Positions 1 to 9,046 of a stretch of DNA of 64,000 nucleotides are shown here, piece after piece. The notes beneath the pieces were generated by a model. It was not told the DNA's origin. It searched no databases and saw only the letters and a program-made list of their open reading frames with translations. The translations under genes and the position numbers were made by a program. Numbering within the stretch: the first letter of the stretch is position 1; each line of letters opens with the position of its first letter. This DNA comes from Anaeromyxobacter sp. (lineage in GTDB: Bacteria; Myxococcota; Myxococcia; Myxococcales; Anaeromyxobacteraceae): positions 160,001 through 224,000 of the forward strand of contig JASGJN010000021.1 in NCBI GenBank assembly GCA_049840735.1, given 5' to 3'.

Positions 1-38
1 CACAACGCGGTCAGAGCCGCAGAGAGTGGAGACCAGCC

Positions 39-1070
39 GTGGACCATATTGGCATCGACCTGCACAAGAAGGACAGCCAGCTTTGCATCCTGAACGCGGA
101 GGGCGGGGTTCTGGAGGTGCGGATCCCCACCCGGGCCGACCGGTTCGCCGAGGTGCTCGCGAACAGGCCGCGGGCCAAGCTCCTGCTGGAGGCCTCCACG
201 GAAAGCGAATGGGTGGCGCGGCACATCGAATCGCTCGGGCACGAAGTGATCGTGGCCGACCCGAATTACGCGCCGATGTACGGGACGCGGACGAGGCGGG
301 TAAAGACCGATCGGCGAGATGCCCGAGCGCTGGCCGAGGCTTGCCGTTCAGGGACCTACCGAGCGGCCCACCGGAGGTCGGAATCCAGGCGGACGGTCGC
401 TGTCCGCTTGTCGGTGAGAGACACGCTGGTCCGCACCAGGTCGCGGTTCATCACGGTGACCCGGACGTCCTTGCGGAGCCATGGGCTACGGGCCCCGAGC
501 TGTGAAGCCGAGCACTTCGCGCGGGTGGTGTTGGAGATGGCCCTGCCGGACGAGGTCCGCGACGAGGTCGAGCCGTTGCTGCTGATGTTCGACACGCTGA
601 ACGCCCGGATCGCCAAGGCCGACGCTGACCTCGAGGCCATCGCCCGCGACAGCGCAGTGGTACGGAGGCTCACGACGGCGCCAGGCGTGGGCGTCGTGAC
701 GGCCATTGCGTACGACGTCGTCATCGATGATCCCAAGCGCTTCCAGAGTGCCCAGCAGGTGTCCGCCTACTGCGGCCTGGTCCCTAGCGAGCTGAGCTCG
801 GGCGAGAAACAGCGCAAGGGGCGGATCACCAAGACCGGCAACGCCAGGGTGCGCTGGCTTCTCGTCCAGGCCGCGCACTGCGTCTTGCGCAGCAAGAGCG
901 CAGAGTCGCTGCCGCTGCGCGAATGGGCGGGGAAGATCCACCGGCGGAGGGGACGCGCAGTCGCCGTCGTGGCGCTGGCGCGCAAACTCTCCGGAATCCT
1001 GTTCGCGATGATGAGGGACGGGAAGGACTTCGACGGCAGCCGCACCTGCAGGGGAAACGCGATGGCCTAG
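39..1070 (+). CDS. IS110 family transposase/recombinase
   Basis: RuvC-like DEDD motifs IGIDLHK, LEAST, KTDRRDA; C-terminal Tnp domain PGVG...AYCGLVPSELSSG...GRITKTGN...VALARKL. Confidence 0.97.
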   Translation: MDHIGIDLHKKDSQLCILNAEGGVLEVRIPTRADRFAEVLANRPRAKLLLEASTESEWVARHIESLGHEVIVADPNYAPMYGTRTRRVKTDRRDARALAEACRSGTYRAAHRRSESRRTVAVRLSVRDTLVRTRSRFITVTRTSLRSHGLRAPSCEAEHFARVVLEMALPDEVRDEVEPLLLMFDTLNARIAKADADLEAIARDSAVVRRLTTAPGVGVVTAIAYDVVIDDPKRFQSAQQVSAYCGLVPSELSSGEKQRKGRITKTGNARVRWLLVQAAHCVLRSKSAESLPLREWAGKIHRRRGRAVAVVALARKLSGILFAMMRDGKDFDGSRTCRGNAMA

Positions 1071-1134
1071 ACGACCGAAATCGGACCCAGTCGGGCGGAC
1101 GCCGGGCCGGAGATCCGGGAGTGAGGCGAAAGCG

Positions 1135-1295
1135 GGTTTCGAGACAGGGTGAGCGCGAGTTCGGCCTTGGCTGGTCACCAGGAACGGCCGTCGCTCAGAT
1201 GGCGCCCCCTGCTCGAATCCCCCACTGCGCCGGCGGCACTGCCGCCCCTGTCGAGCGCGAATAGAAGGCTGATGGAACTCGCGTTCGCCTGACTC
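1135..1295 (+). ncRNA. Putative bridge/seek RNA of the IS110 element (boundaries approximate)
   Basis: Guides flanking stems: GTTCGGCCT 1159-1167 and CGCTCAG 1192-1198 (target); TCCCCCACT 1218-1226 and ATAGAAG 1261-1267 (donor; the latter equals the IS right end 1374-1380). Confidence 0.8.
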
Positions 1296-1472
1296 CCTGA
1301 CCGATGGCCAACCAGCGCCGCCCAGGCTTCAGGACAAACGACATCACCGGCCCTTGACCGGGGACGCCGCTTCATAGAAGGCCGAACGGGGTTGCTGCAA
1401 CGGCCTGGCCGAGACGGGATGGCGCGGTCAGGCCGAGTGCGTGACGCAGTCAGGCCGAGCAGGCTTCACGGT

Positions 1473-1522
1473 CCGTTCGGGCTGAGCGTAGCGAGCCCGC
1501 AGGGCTCGCGGAGTCGAAGCCC
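1473..1522 (+). repeat. REP-like palindromic repeat
   Basis: CCGTTCGGGCTGAGCGTAGCGAGCCC-GCA-GGGCTCGCGGAGTCGAAGCCC; near-identical copy at 7001-7049. Confidence 0.9.
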
Positions 1523-1549
1523 AGGCTCATCCGCACGCGTCGACTGCGC

Positions 1550-2110
1550 TCACCCCAGCCGCTTCACCATCCGCGCCACCTCGCAGTCGAGGTCGCCCAC
1601 GCGGCACACCTTGCGGTGCACCTCGCTGAACCCGCAGCGCTCCCAGAAGGCGCGGCCGCGGGGGTTCTGGGCCACCACGGCCAGATACAGCGTGGTGAAC
1701 CCCTCGCCGCGCGCCCAGGCCTCGGCGGCGCGGAAGACGCGGTCGCCCAGGCCGGCGCCGCGGACCTCGGGCAGGAGCACCTGGAGCCCGAGGAAGCAGT
1801 CTCGCGGCTCGGGGAAGGCGCGCAGCAGCTCCACCGCGCCCACCAGCCGGCCGTCGGCGCGCCGGACGCCGAACACCGCCTTGTCGGCGGCGCTGCGGCC
1901 GGGCGGCACGTTGCCGAACAGGTCCTCCAGCTGGGCGTCGGAGGGCTCGCGCCCCTCGGACATGCGGACGTAGTCGGCGCAGCCCTGGAAGAGCGCCCGC
2001 AGCTCGGGGCCGTGATCCGGGGTGAGCAGCTCGAAGGCGTGAGCGGGGTCGGGGGGCGCGGGCACTGGGGGCACGGTCGACACGATACCCGGCGGGGAGC
2101 CGGGGAGCAC
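1550..2110 (-). CDS. GNAT family N-acetyltransferase (start may be 2083)
   Basis: VLLPEVRGAGLG acetyl-CoA motif, NPRGRAFWERCGF C-terminal motif. Confidence 0.88.
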   Translation of the reverse strand: MLPGSPPGIVSTVPPVPAPPDPAHAFELLTPDHGPELRALFQGCADYVRMSEGREPSDAQLEDLFGNVPPGRSAADKAVFGVRRADGRLVGAVELLRAFPEPRDCFLGLQVLLPEVRGAGLGDRVFRAAEAWARGEGFTTLYLAVVAQNPRGRAFWERCGFSEVHRKVCRVGDLDCEVARMVKRLG

Positions 2111-2134
2111 GCGGCGCCTGGTCGCCCGTGCGCG

Positions 2135-2143
2135 TGCTACATT
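2135..2143 (+). promoter_or_regulatory. Putative extended -10 element of a leaderless transcript
   Basis: TGCTACATT 6 nt before GTG 2150; no Shine-Dalgarno. Confidence 0.5.
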
Positions 2144-2149
2144 TCAGGC

Positions 2150-2401
2150 GTGGCCACGACAGGCACACCGGGCCGCCCCAGCGGCGAGGAGCTCTCGCGG
2201 GCCATCGACGCCCTGGTGGACGAGTGGCGTGAGCGGTCGCTCTGGTACCTGCGCCGGGACTGGTATCCGCGGACCAGCGCAGAGCAGCGCAGCGCGCTGG
2301 AGGCCATCCAGCGCCGCTCCAATCTCGAGACGTTCAAGCGTGCAGCGAGGCTGATGGCATGGCTCTCACCGGATTCCAGCGCGACGTCTGCCGGGTCCTA
2401 G
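2150..2401 (+). CDS. Small hypothetical protein, probable antitoxin partner of the downstream nucleotidyltransferase
   Basis: 83 aa tail of ORF 1616..2401 from GTG 2150 (SLWYLRRDWYP...); overlaps the next gene by 43 nt. Confidence 0.65.
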   Translation: MATTGTPGRPSGEELSRAIDALVDEWRERSLWYLRRDWYPRTSAEQRSALEAIQRRSNLETFKRAARLMAWLSPDSSATSAGS

Positions 2402-3168
2402 CCGAGCAGCGCCGCCGCGGAGGCGAGAGCTACGTCGCGGGCGGCGGGGCGCTCAACGAGCTGCTGGCTGCCCCTCGCCGGTCGCACGACCTGGACCTGT
2501 TCCATGACACGGCAGCTGCGCTGGCTGGGACCTGGGCGCGCGACCGTGAGGCCCTGCGCGCGGCGGGATACCAGGTCGTGCCGGAGCGGGAGCTGCCGGG
2601 GTTCGTGGTGGCGCGCGTGGCCCTCGGTGGCGACTCAGTGCTGGTCGAGTGGGCCCAGGACAGTGCCTACCGCTTCTTCCCGCTCATCGAGCATGAGCTG
2701 CTGGGCCTGACGCTCCACCCGTTCGACCTGGCCACGAACAAGCTGCTGGCCATCGCCGGCCGCCGCGAAGCACGGGACTGGGTGGATGGCCTGACCTGCA
2801 ACTCGCAGGTGCAGCCGCTGGGGTACCTGGCGTGGGCCGCGGCCGGAAAGGACCCGGGCTACACCCCCTCCGACCTCGTGGAGCGCTGCGCGGCGACCCG
2901 CTACGCCCAGGCTGAGCTCGACGCGCTCGACTTCGACGAGCCGCGGCCTGCTGCGGCCACGTTGTCCCGCAGCTGGCACCAGGCGGTCGAGGACGCGAGG
3001 GCGCTGGTGGTGGCGCTGCCCGGGGAGCAGGCCGGCACCTGCGTCCTGGACCTCGCTGGCAGCCTGCTGCGCGTCGGCCCCGATGAGCTCCGGACGGAGC
3101 TCGCAGCAGGGAAGGTGCGGTTCCACGCTGGTCGGATCCAGGGCGCGTTCCCGGAGCTCCGCCGCTGA
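2359..3168 (+). CDS. AbiEii/AbiGii-like nucleotidyltransferase (type IV toxin-like)
   Basis: YVAGGGAL...RRSHDLDLF and later NKLLAIAGRREARDWVD motifs typical of AbiEii-type NTases. Confidence 0.75.
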   Translation: MALTGFQRDVCRVLAEQRRRGGESYVAGGGALNELLAAPRRSHDLDLFHDTAAALAGTWARDREALRAAGYQVVPERELPGFVVARVALGGDSVLVEWAQDSAYRFFPLIEHELLGLTLHPFDLATNKLLAIAGRREARDWVDGLTCNSQVQPLGYLAWAAAGKDPGYTPSDLVERCAATRYAQAELDALDFDEPRPAAATLSRSWHQAVEDARALVVALPGEQAGTCVLDLAGSLLRVGPDELRTELAAGKVRFHAGRIQGAFPELRR

Positions 3169-3252
3169 GGCGGGCCCTCCCGCCCGGATCCCTGGACGAC
3201 CCCGAACGCGCTCCGTGACTCGCCCCCCTCCGGCGGTTAGTCTTCGCAGCCC

Positions 3253-3996
3253 ATGGACGAACGGAAGCTCAGGGCCCTGCTCGGCCGCCTGGCCGGGGGG
3301 CAGGCCTCGGTGGACGAGGCGGTGCGCGCGCTGAAGGGCGTGCCGTTCGAGCAGCTCGGCGACGTGGCCACCATCGACCACCACCGCGCGCTGCGCAACG
3401 GGCTGCCGGAGGTGATCCTCGCCGAGGCCAAGACCGCGGCGCAGGTGGCGGCCATCGCGAAGAAGCTGGCCGCGCGCGGGCCGCTGCTGGTGACGCGGCT
3501 CTCCGAGGAGAAGGCGGGGCCGGTGCGCCGGGCGGTGAAGGGGTCGGTCTACGACCCGGTGAGCCGCACGCTGCGGCGCGGGCGGATGGACCTGCCGGCG
3601 CGCGGGCCGGTGGCGGTCTGCTGCGCGGGCACCTCGGACATCCCGGTGTGCGAGGAGGCGGCCGTCACGCTGGACGTGATGGGGCTGGAGGTCATCCGCG
3701 TCTACGACGTGGGCGTGGCCGGCATCCACCGGGTGCTGGCGCGCCGCGCCGACCTGGAGCGGGCCGCGGCGGTGATCGTGGCGGCGGGGATGGAGGGGGC
3801 GCTGGCCTCGGTGGTGGGCGGGCTGGTGGGCAAGCCGGTGGTGGGCGTGCCCACCTCGGTGGGCTACGGCGCCTCGCTGGGCGGGATCGCGCCGCTGCTC
3901 ACCATGCTCAACTCCTGCGCGCCCAACGTCTCCGTGGTGAACATCGACAACGGCTTCGGCGCGGCCTACGTGGCCGGGCTGATCGCCCGCGGGTAG
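3253..3996 (+). CDS. larB: Nickel pincer cofactor biosynthesis protein LarB (AIR carboxylase-like)
   Basis: DHHRALRNGLPEVI, AGTSDIPVCEEA, DVGVAGIHR, AGMEGAL, PTSVGYG, VVNIDNGFGAA. Confidence 0.95.
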   Translation: MDERKLRALLGRLAGGQASVDEAVRALKGVPFEQLGDVATIDHHRALRNGLPEVILAEAKTAAQVAAIAKKLAARGPLLVTRLSEEKAGPVRRAVKGSVYDPVSRTLRRGRMDLPARGPVAVCCAGTSDIPVCEEAAVTLDVMGLEVIRVYDVGVAGIHRVLARRADLERAAAVIVAAGMEGALASVVGGLVGKPVVGVPTSVGYGASLGGIAPLLTMLNSCAPNVSVVNIDNGFGAAYVAGLIARG

Positions 3997-4005
3997 AGGG
4001 TGGGC

Positions 4006-5260
4006 ATGGCCTCGCTGCTCTTGCTGGAGCCGGTGGGCGGGATCGCCGGCGACATGTTCCTGGCCGCCGCGCTCGACCTGGGCGTGGACCGCGCGTCGCT
4101 GGAGGCGGCGCTGCGCACGCTGCCGGTGGGCGGCTTCCGGCTGGAGGTCCGGCGCAAGGGCGAGCACGGCATCCTGGGCACGCACCTGGACGTCGTGGCG
4201 GAGGGCGAGCCGCCGTCCGAGCGCCGGCTGCCCGAGATCCTCGCGCTCATCGAGCGGAGCGGCTTCTCCCCGCGCGCCCGCGACGCGGCGCGGCGGCTCT
4301 TCGAGCGGCTGGGGCGGGCCGAGGCCCACGTGCACGGGCTGTCGCTGGAGGAGGTGCACTTCCACGAGGTGGGCGCGGTGGACTCCATCGTGGACCTGTG
4401 CGGCGCGGCGGTGGCGCTCGACCTCCTGGGCTGGCCGCGGGTGATCTGCGCGCCGCCGGAGCTGGGGCGCGGGCTGGTGAAGACCGCCCACGGGATGCTG
4501 CCGGTGCCGCCGCCGGCGGTGCTGCAGCTCCTGGCCGGCAAGCCGGTGCGCCCGGGCGGCCCGCCCGGCGAGGCGGTCACGCCCACCGGCGCGGCCATCC
4601 TGGCCGAGCTGTGCGAGGTGGGGCCGCTGCCCCCGGTGGTGCCGGGGAGGATCGGCTACGGCGTTGGCACGCGCAGCTGGCCGGACCGGCCCAACGTGCT
4701 GCGGGCCATCCTGGGCGAACCGGTCGCTTCACAGTCCTTCGACTCCGCTCGCCCTGAGCGTACGGCCGCGGAGCGGCCCGAAGTCGAAGGGCTCAGGACG
4801 AACGGGGGGGGGCGAAGACCCGGAGTCGCTGTGGGTCCTCGAGACCAACCTGGACGACTGCCCCGGCCAGCTGGTGGCCCGGGCCATCGAGGCGGCGCTG
4901 GAGGCGGGGGCCCTGGACGCCTGGGCGGCCCCGCTGACCATGAAGAAGGGGCGGCCGGGGGTGCTGCTGGGGGCGCTCTGCACAGAGGCCTGCCGGGCGG
5001 GCGTGACGGGCGTCCTGCTGGCCGAGACCACCACGCTGGGGGTCCGGCGCCACCGGGTCGAGCGGGAGGCCCTGGAGCGGCGCCTGGACAGCGTGGAGAC
5101 GCCCTACGGCACGGTCCGGGTGAAGGTGGCCCTCTCCGGCGGCCGGGCCCTGGGCGCCCACCCCGAGTACGAGGACTGCCTGGCGCGGGCCCGGGCGGCC
5201 GGCGTGCCGGTCCGCGAGGTCATGGCGGCGGCCCTGGCGGCTCACCGTCAGTTGACCTGA
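4006..5260 (+). CDS. larC: Nickel insertion protein LarC; +1 frameshift in G9 run 4804-4812
   Basis: N-part [38 protein letters not shown]-part in +1 frame [27 protein letters not shown]. Confidence 0.92.
4735..4805 (-). repeat. Nested REP-like repeat inside the larC linker
   Basis: TCCTTCGACTCCGCTC-[GCCCTGAGCGTAC...GAAGTCGAAGGGC]-TCAGGACGAACGG, translated in frame as [24 protein letters not shown]. Confidence 0.85.
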
Positions 5261-5317
5261 CGGCGCGCCTCATCGCCGCACCCCCGGGGAATCCTTCCTC
5301 GGTGCTAACACGCCCGG

Positions 5318-5326
5318 TGCTAGAGT
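5318..5326 (+). promoter_or_regulatory. Putative extended -10 element of a leaderless transcript
   Basis: TGCTAGAGT 6 nt before GTG 5333; no Shine-Dalgarno. Confidence 0.5.
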
Positions 5327-5332
5327 TTCCCC

Positions 5333-6940
5333 GTGCCCGGGAAGCTGCGTCGCAAGCCCCGCCCCACCGTCACGCGCCCCACGCTGCGGGCCGTCGACGC
5401 GCTCCTGACGCTCTCGCGCGAGCTGGCCGCCGCCCGCACCGAGGACGAGAATCACCGGCGCGCTGGCCAAGGCGCTGGACGCGCTCTTCCCGCGCCGGCT
5501 CTTCGCCATCCGGCTGCTCGACCCGCGCACGCTGGCGCTGCGCAACCTCCACGCCCGCGGCACGCTCCGGCCCGGCGCGCGCGACCGGCTGGTGCTGCGC
5601 CACCGGGCCGTGCACCGCACCGGCCTCTCGCCCGAGGTGCTGCAGGCGGGCGGCATCGTGCTGTCCGACCTGGACGAGCCGCTGTTCGAGGGCTGCAATC
5701 GCGCCGCCGCCATCCCGCTGGCCGCCTCCGGCCAGCTCTTCGGCGTGGTGAACCTCGAGTACCCGGCGGGCGCCCCGGGCGATCCGCACGCCGACGCGCA
5801 GCTGCTCAAGCAGCTCGCGAACCACGCCGCCCTGGGCGTGCGCAACCTGCGCTCCATCGAGGAGCTCACCTTCCTCAAGACCTACCTCGAGGACCTGATC
5901 CAGCACGCCAACGCGCTCATCCTGGCGGTGAACCGCCGGGGCGAGGTGATGGTCTGGAACGGCGAGCTGGCCTCGCTGACCGGCGTGGACCGGGTCGAGG
6001 CGTTGGGGCGGCCGCTCATCGACCGCGTGGCGCCGGAGGACCGCGAGACGCTGCAGGCCGCGCTGGAGGCCACGCTGGCCGGCGACGCGCTGGACGGCCT
6101 GCCGCTGCGGCTGCAGCGCGCCAAGGGCGGCGACGCGCCGGTGGTGATCGACACCGCGCCATCCACGGCGCCGAGGCGGTGGAGGGCGTGCTGGCCATCG
6201 GCCAGGACCTGGGCCCGCTCCGCTCCGCGCAGGCCGCCGCCGAGCACGCCGAGCGGCTGGCCGGCATCGGCCGGCTGGTGGCGGGCGTGGTGCACGAGCT
6301 CAACAACCCGCTCACCGCCGTCACCATGTACGCCGAGGCGCTGATCGAGAAGCACGCCATCCGCGGCGGTGACGCCGCCGACGTCGAGAAGCTGCGCGCC
6401 ATCCTCGACGGCGGCCAGCGCATCCAGCGCCTGGCGCGCGACCTCGTCACCTACGCGCGCCCGACCGGCTCGACCATCGAGCCCGTGGACCTGTCCGGCG
6501 TGGTGGACGAGGGGCTGCGGCTGGCCAAGCAGGCGCTCAAGGAGGCCGGCGCGGTGGTGCTGCGCGAGCCGGGCGAAGCGCCGGTGGTGAACGGCAACCG
6601 GCCCAGCCTGGTGCAGGTGGTGCTGGCGCTGGTCACCAACGCGGCGCAGGCGGTGGCGTCGGGTGGGCAGGTGCGGGTGAGGCTCGACGGCGCCGACGAG
6701 CTGGCCATGCTCACCGTGACCGACGACGGCGCGGGCATGAGCGACGAGGTCCGCCGCCGCGCCTTCGAGCCCTTCTTCTCCACCAAGACCGCGGTCGGCA
6801 TCGGCCTCGGCCTCCCCATCGTCCAGGAGATCGTGGAGCGCCACGGCGGGACCGTGTCGCTCGCCTCCGAGGAGGGCAAGGGGACGGTGGTGGTGGTGGC
6901 GATCCCGGTCCACGGGACCGGGGCGTACCCGCGGCGCTGA
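5333..6940 (+). CDS. GAF/PAS sensor histidine kinase (two compensating frameshifts, ~5450 and ~6160)
   Basis: H-box [11 protein letters not shown]-box [31 protein letters not shown]-like [14 protein letters not shown] in the +1 frame 5592-6160. Confidence 0.9.
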   Translation: MPGKLRRKPRPTVTRPTLRAVDALLTLSRELAAARTEDENHRRAGQGAGRALPAPALRHPAARPAHAGAAQPPRPRHAPARRARPAGAAPPGRAPHRPLARGAAGGRHRAVRPGRAAVRGLQSRRRHPAGRLRPALRRGEPRVPGGRPGRSARRRAAAQAAREPRRPGRAQPALHRGAHLPQDLPRGPDPARQRAHPGGEPPGRGDGLERRAGLADRRGPGRGVGAAAHRPRGAGGPRDAAGRAGGHAGRRRAGRPAAAAAARQGRRRAGGDRHRAIHGAEAVEGVLAIGQDLGPLRSAQAAAEHAERLAGIGRLVAGVVHELNNPLTAVTMYAEALIEKHAIRGGDAADVEKLRAILDGGQRIQRLARDLVTYARPTGSTIEPVDLSGVVDEGLRLAKQALKEAGAVVLREPGEAPVVNGNRPSLVQVVLALVTNAAQAVASGGQVRVRLDGADELAMLTVTDDGAGMSDEVRRRAFEPFFSTKTAVGIGLGLPIVQEIVERHGGTVSLASEEGKGTVVVVAIPVHGTGAYPRR

Positions 6941-6944
6941 CGCT

Positions 6945-7049
6945 GCCCTCCGCCTGCCCTGGGCCTGTCGAAGGGCTCAGGCGAACGGGTGTTCCAGCTC
7001 GGTTCGGGCTGAGCGGAGCGAGCCCGCAGGGCTCGCGGAGTCGAAGCCC
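6945..7049. repeat. Pair of REP-like repeats between convergent genes
   Basis: ...GTCGAAGGGCTCAGGCGAACGGG (to 6989) and GGTTCGGGCTGAGCGGAGCGAGCCC...GGAGTCGAAGCCC (7001-7049). Confidence 0.85.
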
Positions 7050-7053
7050 AGGT

Positions 7054-8733
7054 CTACGTCGCCAGCGCCAGCACCGCGTAGCCCCTGAAGCTGGGCAGCA
7101 CCGTCGAGAGCGAGTAGCCCGACGGGTTCATGGCGATCTTCACGTCGGTGCCGTCGGAGGAGACGAAGCGGCCGCGGCGCACGCCGCCCGCCACGTGCTC
7201 GCCCAGGAACAGCGTCACGCCCTGCACCCGGTCCGCGCCCAGCGAGACCAGGTGCACGTCCACCGCCTCGCCGGACCGCTGCAGCACCACCAGCAGCGGG
7301 TGGCGCCCGGCCACGCCCGCCGCGCGGCGCCCGCGCCCCAGCAGCACCACCAGCGCCTTCTCCAGCGTGGCCGGCAAGAGCGGCTCGGCGCTGCCCTTCT
7401 CCGGTGCCAGCGGCGGCAGCTCGGCCACCGTGCCGGCGCCGACCTTCACGCCGCCGGGCTTGCCGCCCGGGAGCAGCGGCCCGGCCGGCCGGCCCTGCTC
7501 GTCCACCGTGCCCGCCTCGCCGAAGGCCAGCACCGCGGCGCCCGCCTCCAGCCGCCGCTTCACCTCCTTGCCCTCGTGCGCCGAGAGCGCGGTGGCGTCG
7601 GCCAGCACCAGCGCCGCGCCCGGCGGCGCGTCGGCCACCCGCAGCACCACCGGCGCCTGCACGTGGACCGCGGCCAGCGCCTCGCCGGCGCGCTCGACCG
7701 CCAGCCGGTGGCGGCCGCTGCTCCACAGGTCGGCCTCGGCCGAGTACAGGATGCAGGCCTCGGCGATGGGCACGGCCTGGGCCGGCGGCCGGGCCGCCTG
7801 CAGGGCCAGCTGGCGGGAGAGCCGGCGGATGGCCGCCACCTCCTGCCCCGGCGGGCCGGCCGGCTCCAGGCCGGAGATGTCGATGCCGCACGTGGCGCCC
7901 ACCGCCGCCAGCCGGACCAGCGCCGCTGGCGGCGTGGGGGCCGGGCCGGTCGGGGCCGCGATGGCGGCGGGGCGGCGCCCCATCGCGGCGCGCAGCAGGC
8001 GCGCGTGGCCTATGCCCACCCCGCCCGCCAGCGGGCCCGGGAAGATGGCCGCGTCGAGCTGGCGGGCCGCGCGCAGCTGCGCCGGCCCCAGCGCCTCGAA
8101 CTGCGCGATGACCGCGAACGGCCGCTCGCGCGCGCGGGCCGCGTCGCGGGCGCCGCGGACGTAGGCGCGGACCGCCGAGTCCAGCGCGTCGTTGCGCCAG
8201 CGCCAGAACTCGCGGCCGAAGGGCAGCGCGTCGGCGCCCACCGCGCCGGCCGCCTGCGTCACCACCTCGCGGGCCAGGCGCGGGAAGTCGAGCGGCTCGA
8301 AGTGCTCGCCGTAGAGGCGCGTCAGGTGCGCGTTGAACGCGGCCTGGCAGGAGCTGCAGAAGCCGGCGCCCAGCAGCCCCAGCGCCAGCGACGCGTCCGG
8401 CCGGTCCAGGCAGACGCCGGCGAACCCCGCCTCCAGCGCCGCCGCCGCGGCCGCCGCCACCCGCGCCCGCTGGGCGTCGCCGACCAGGCAGGCGCGCGGC
8501 GGACCGGGGAGGCCCGCCGCGTAGCCGTCCCCGCCGCAGCAGGCGTCGGCCGGCGTGGCGGCGCGGCCCGCGGGCAGATTGGCCAGGGCGCGGTTGACCA
8601 GCGGCGCCGGGAGCGGCTCGGTGGCCACCGCCAGCGGCGGATCGGCGGCGAGCGCCTCCGCCGCGCGCGCCGAGGCCTCGGCGTGCGGGCCCGCCGCGAG
8701 GCGGTAGGGGGCGAAGGCGGCGTCGAGCGGCAT
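7054..8733 (-). CDS. Hypothetical protein, possibly degenerate glycoside hydrolase-like (TIM barrel plus GATase-like domain)
   Basis: High-GC3 ORF; FAGVCLDRPD and GFCSSCQAAF resemble the CxCxxC region of GH42-like proteins. Confidence 0.6.
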   Translation of the reverse strand: MPLDAAFAPYRLAAGPHAEASARAAEALAADPPLAVATEPLPAPLVNRALANLPAGRAATPADACCGGDGYAAGLPGPPRACLVGDAQRARVAAAAAAALEAGFAGVCLDRPDASLALGLLGAGFCSSCQAAFNAHLTRLYGEHFEPLDFPRLAREVVTQAAGAVGADALPFGREFWRWRNDALDSAVRAYVRGARDAARARERPFAVIAQFEALGPAQLRAARQLDAAIFPGPLAGGVGIGHARLLRAAMGRRPAAIAAPTGPAPTPPAALVRLAAVGATCGIDISGLEPAGPPGQEVAAIRRLSRQLALQAARPPAQAVPIAEACILYSAEADLWSSGRHRLAVERAGEALAAVHVQAPVVLRVADAPPGAALVLADATALSAHEGKEVKRRLEAGAAVLAFGEAGTVDEQGRPAGPLLPGGKPGGVKVGAGTVAELPPLAPEKGSAEPLLPATLEKALVVLLGRGRRAAGVAGRHPLLVVLQRSGEAVDVHLVSLGADRVQGVTLFLGEHVAGGVRRGRFVSSDGTDVKIAMNPSGYSLSTVLPSFRGYAVLALAT

Positions 8734-9046
8734 TCCTGGTGGGCCGAGCGGGTGCGGCCGGCGGGCCGCAGCGAACGAGGGTACGACGGAGGTCGCCCCC
8801 GGGCAATTGCCGGGCCGGGAGAGGGGGAGCACCATCCCTTGCGGCGCGGGGCCGCCCTCCGCCGATCGGAGGTGCCGCCGGGGCGGGGTGCGCCGGGACG
8901 TGTTGGCGCTCACGCACGCCGGGTGCGTGGAGGGCGCACCCCGTCGCGTTGACGCCCGTGAAAACCCCGTGATAGGGGATCACGACCGAGGACAAGCGCG
9001 CGTTCGTGGGACACCCGCGCCGGCCCACCTCTGGAGGATCAGGGAA

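Larger units (their letters stand above)
1..1380 (+). mobile_element. IS110-family insertion sequence, IS1111-type (long downstream non-coding region); left end lies just before the window
   Basis: DEDD transposase followed by ~310 nt non-coding region ending TTGACC-N-CGCCGCTTCAT-AGA-AG (subterminal IR 3 nt from an AG core at 1379-1380), then half of a REP (GCCGAACGGG). Confidence 0.9.

Noticed and set aside
1282..1292. CGTTCGCCTGA in the IS non-coding region as an extra REP-matching guide
   Set aside because: Matches the REP variant at 6977-6987 but lies outside the two coherent guide loops; role unsupported, may be structural or chance
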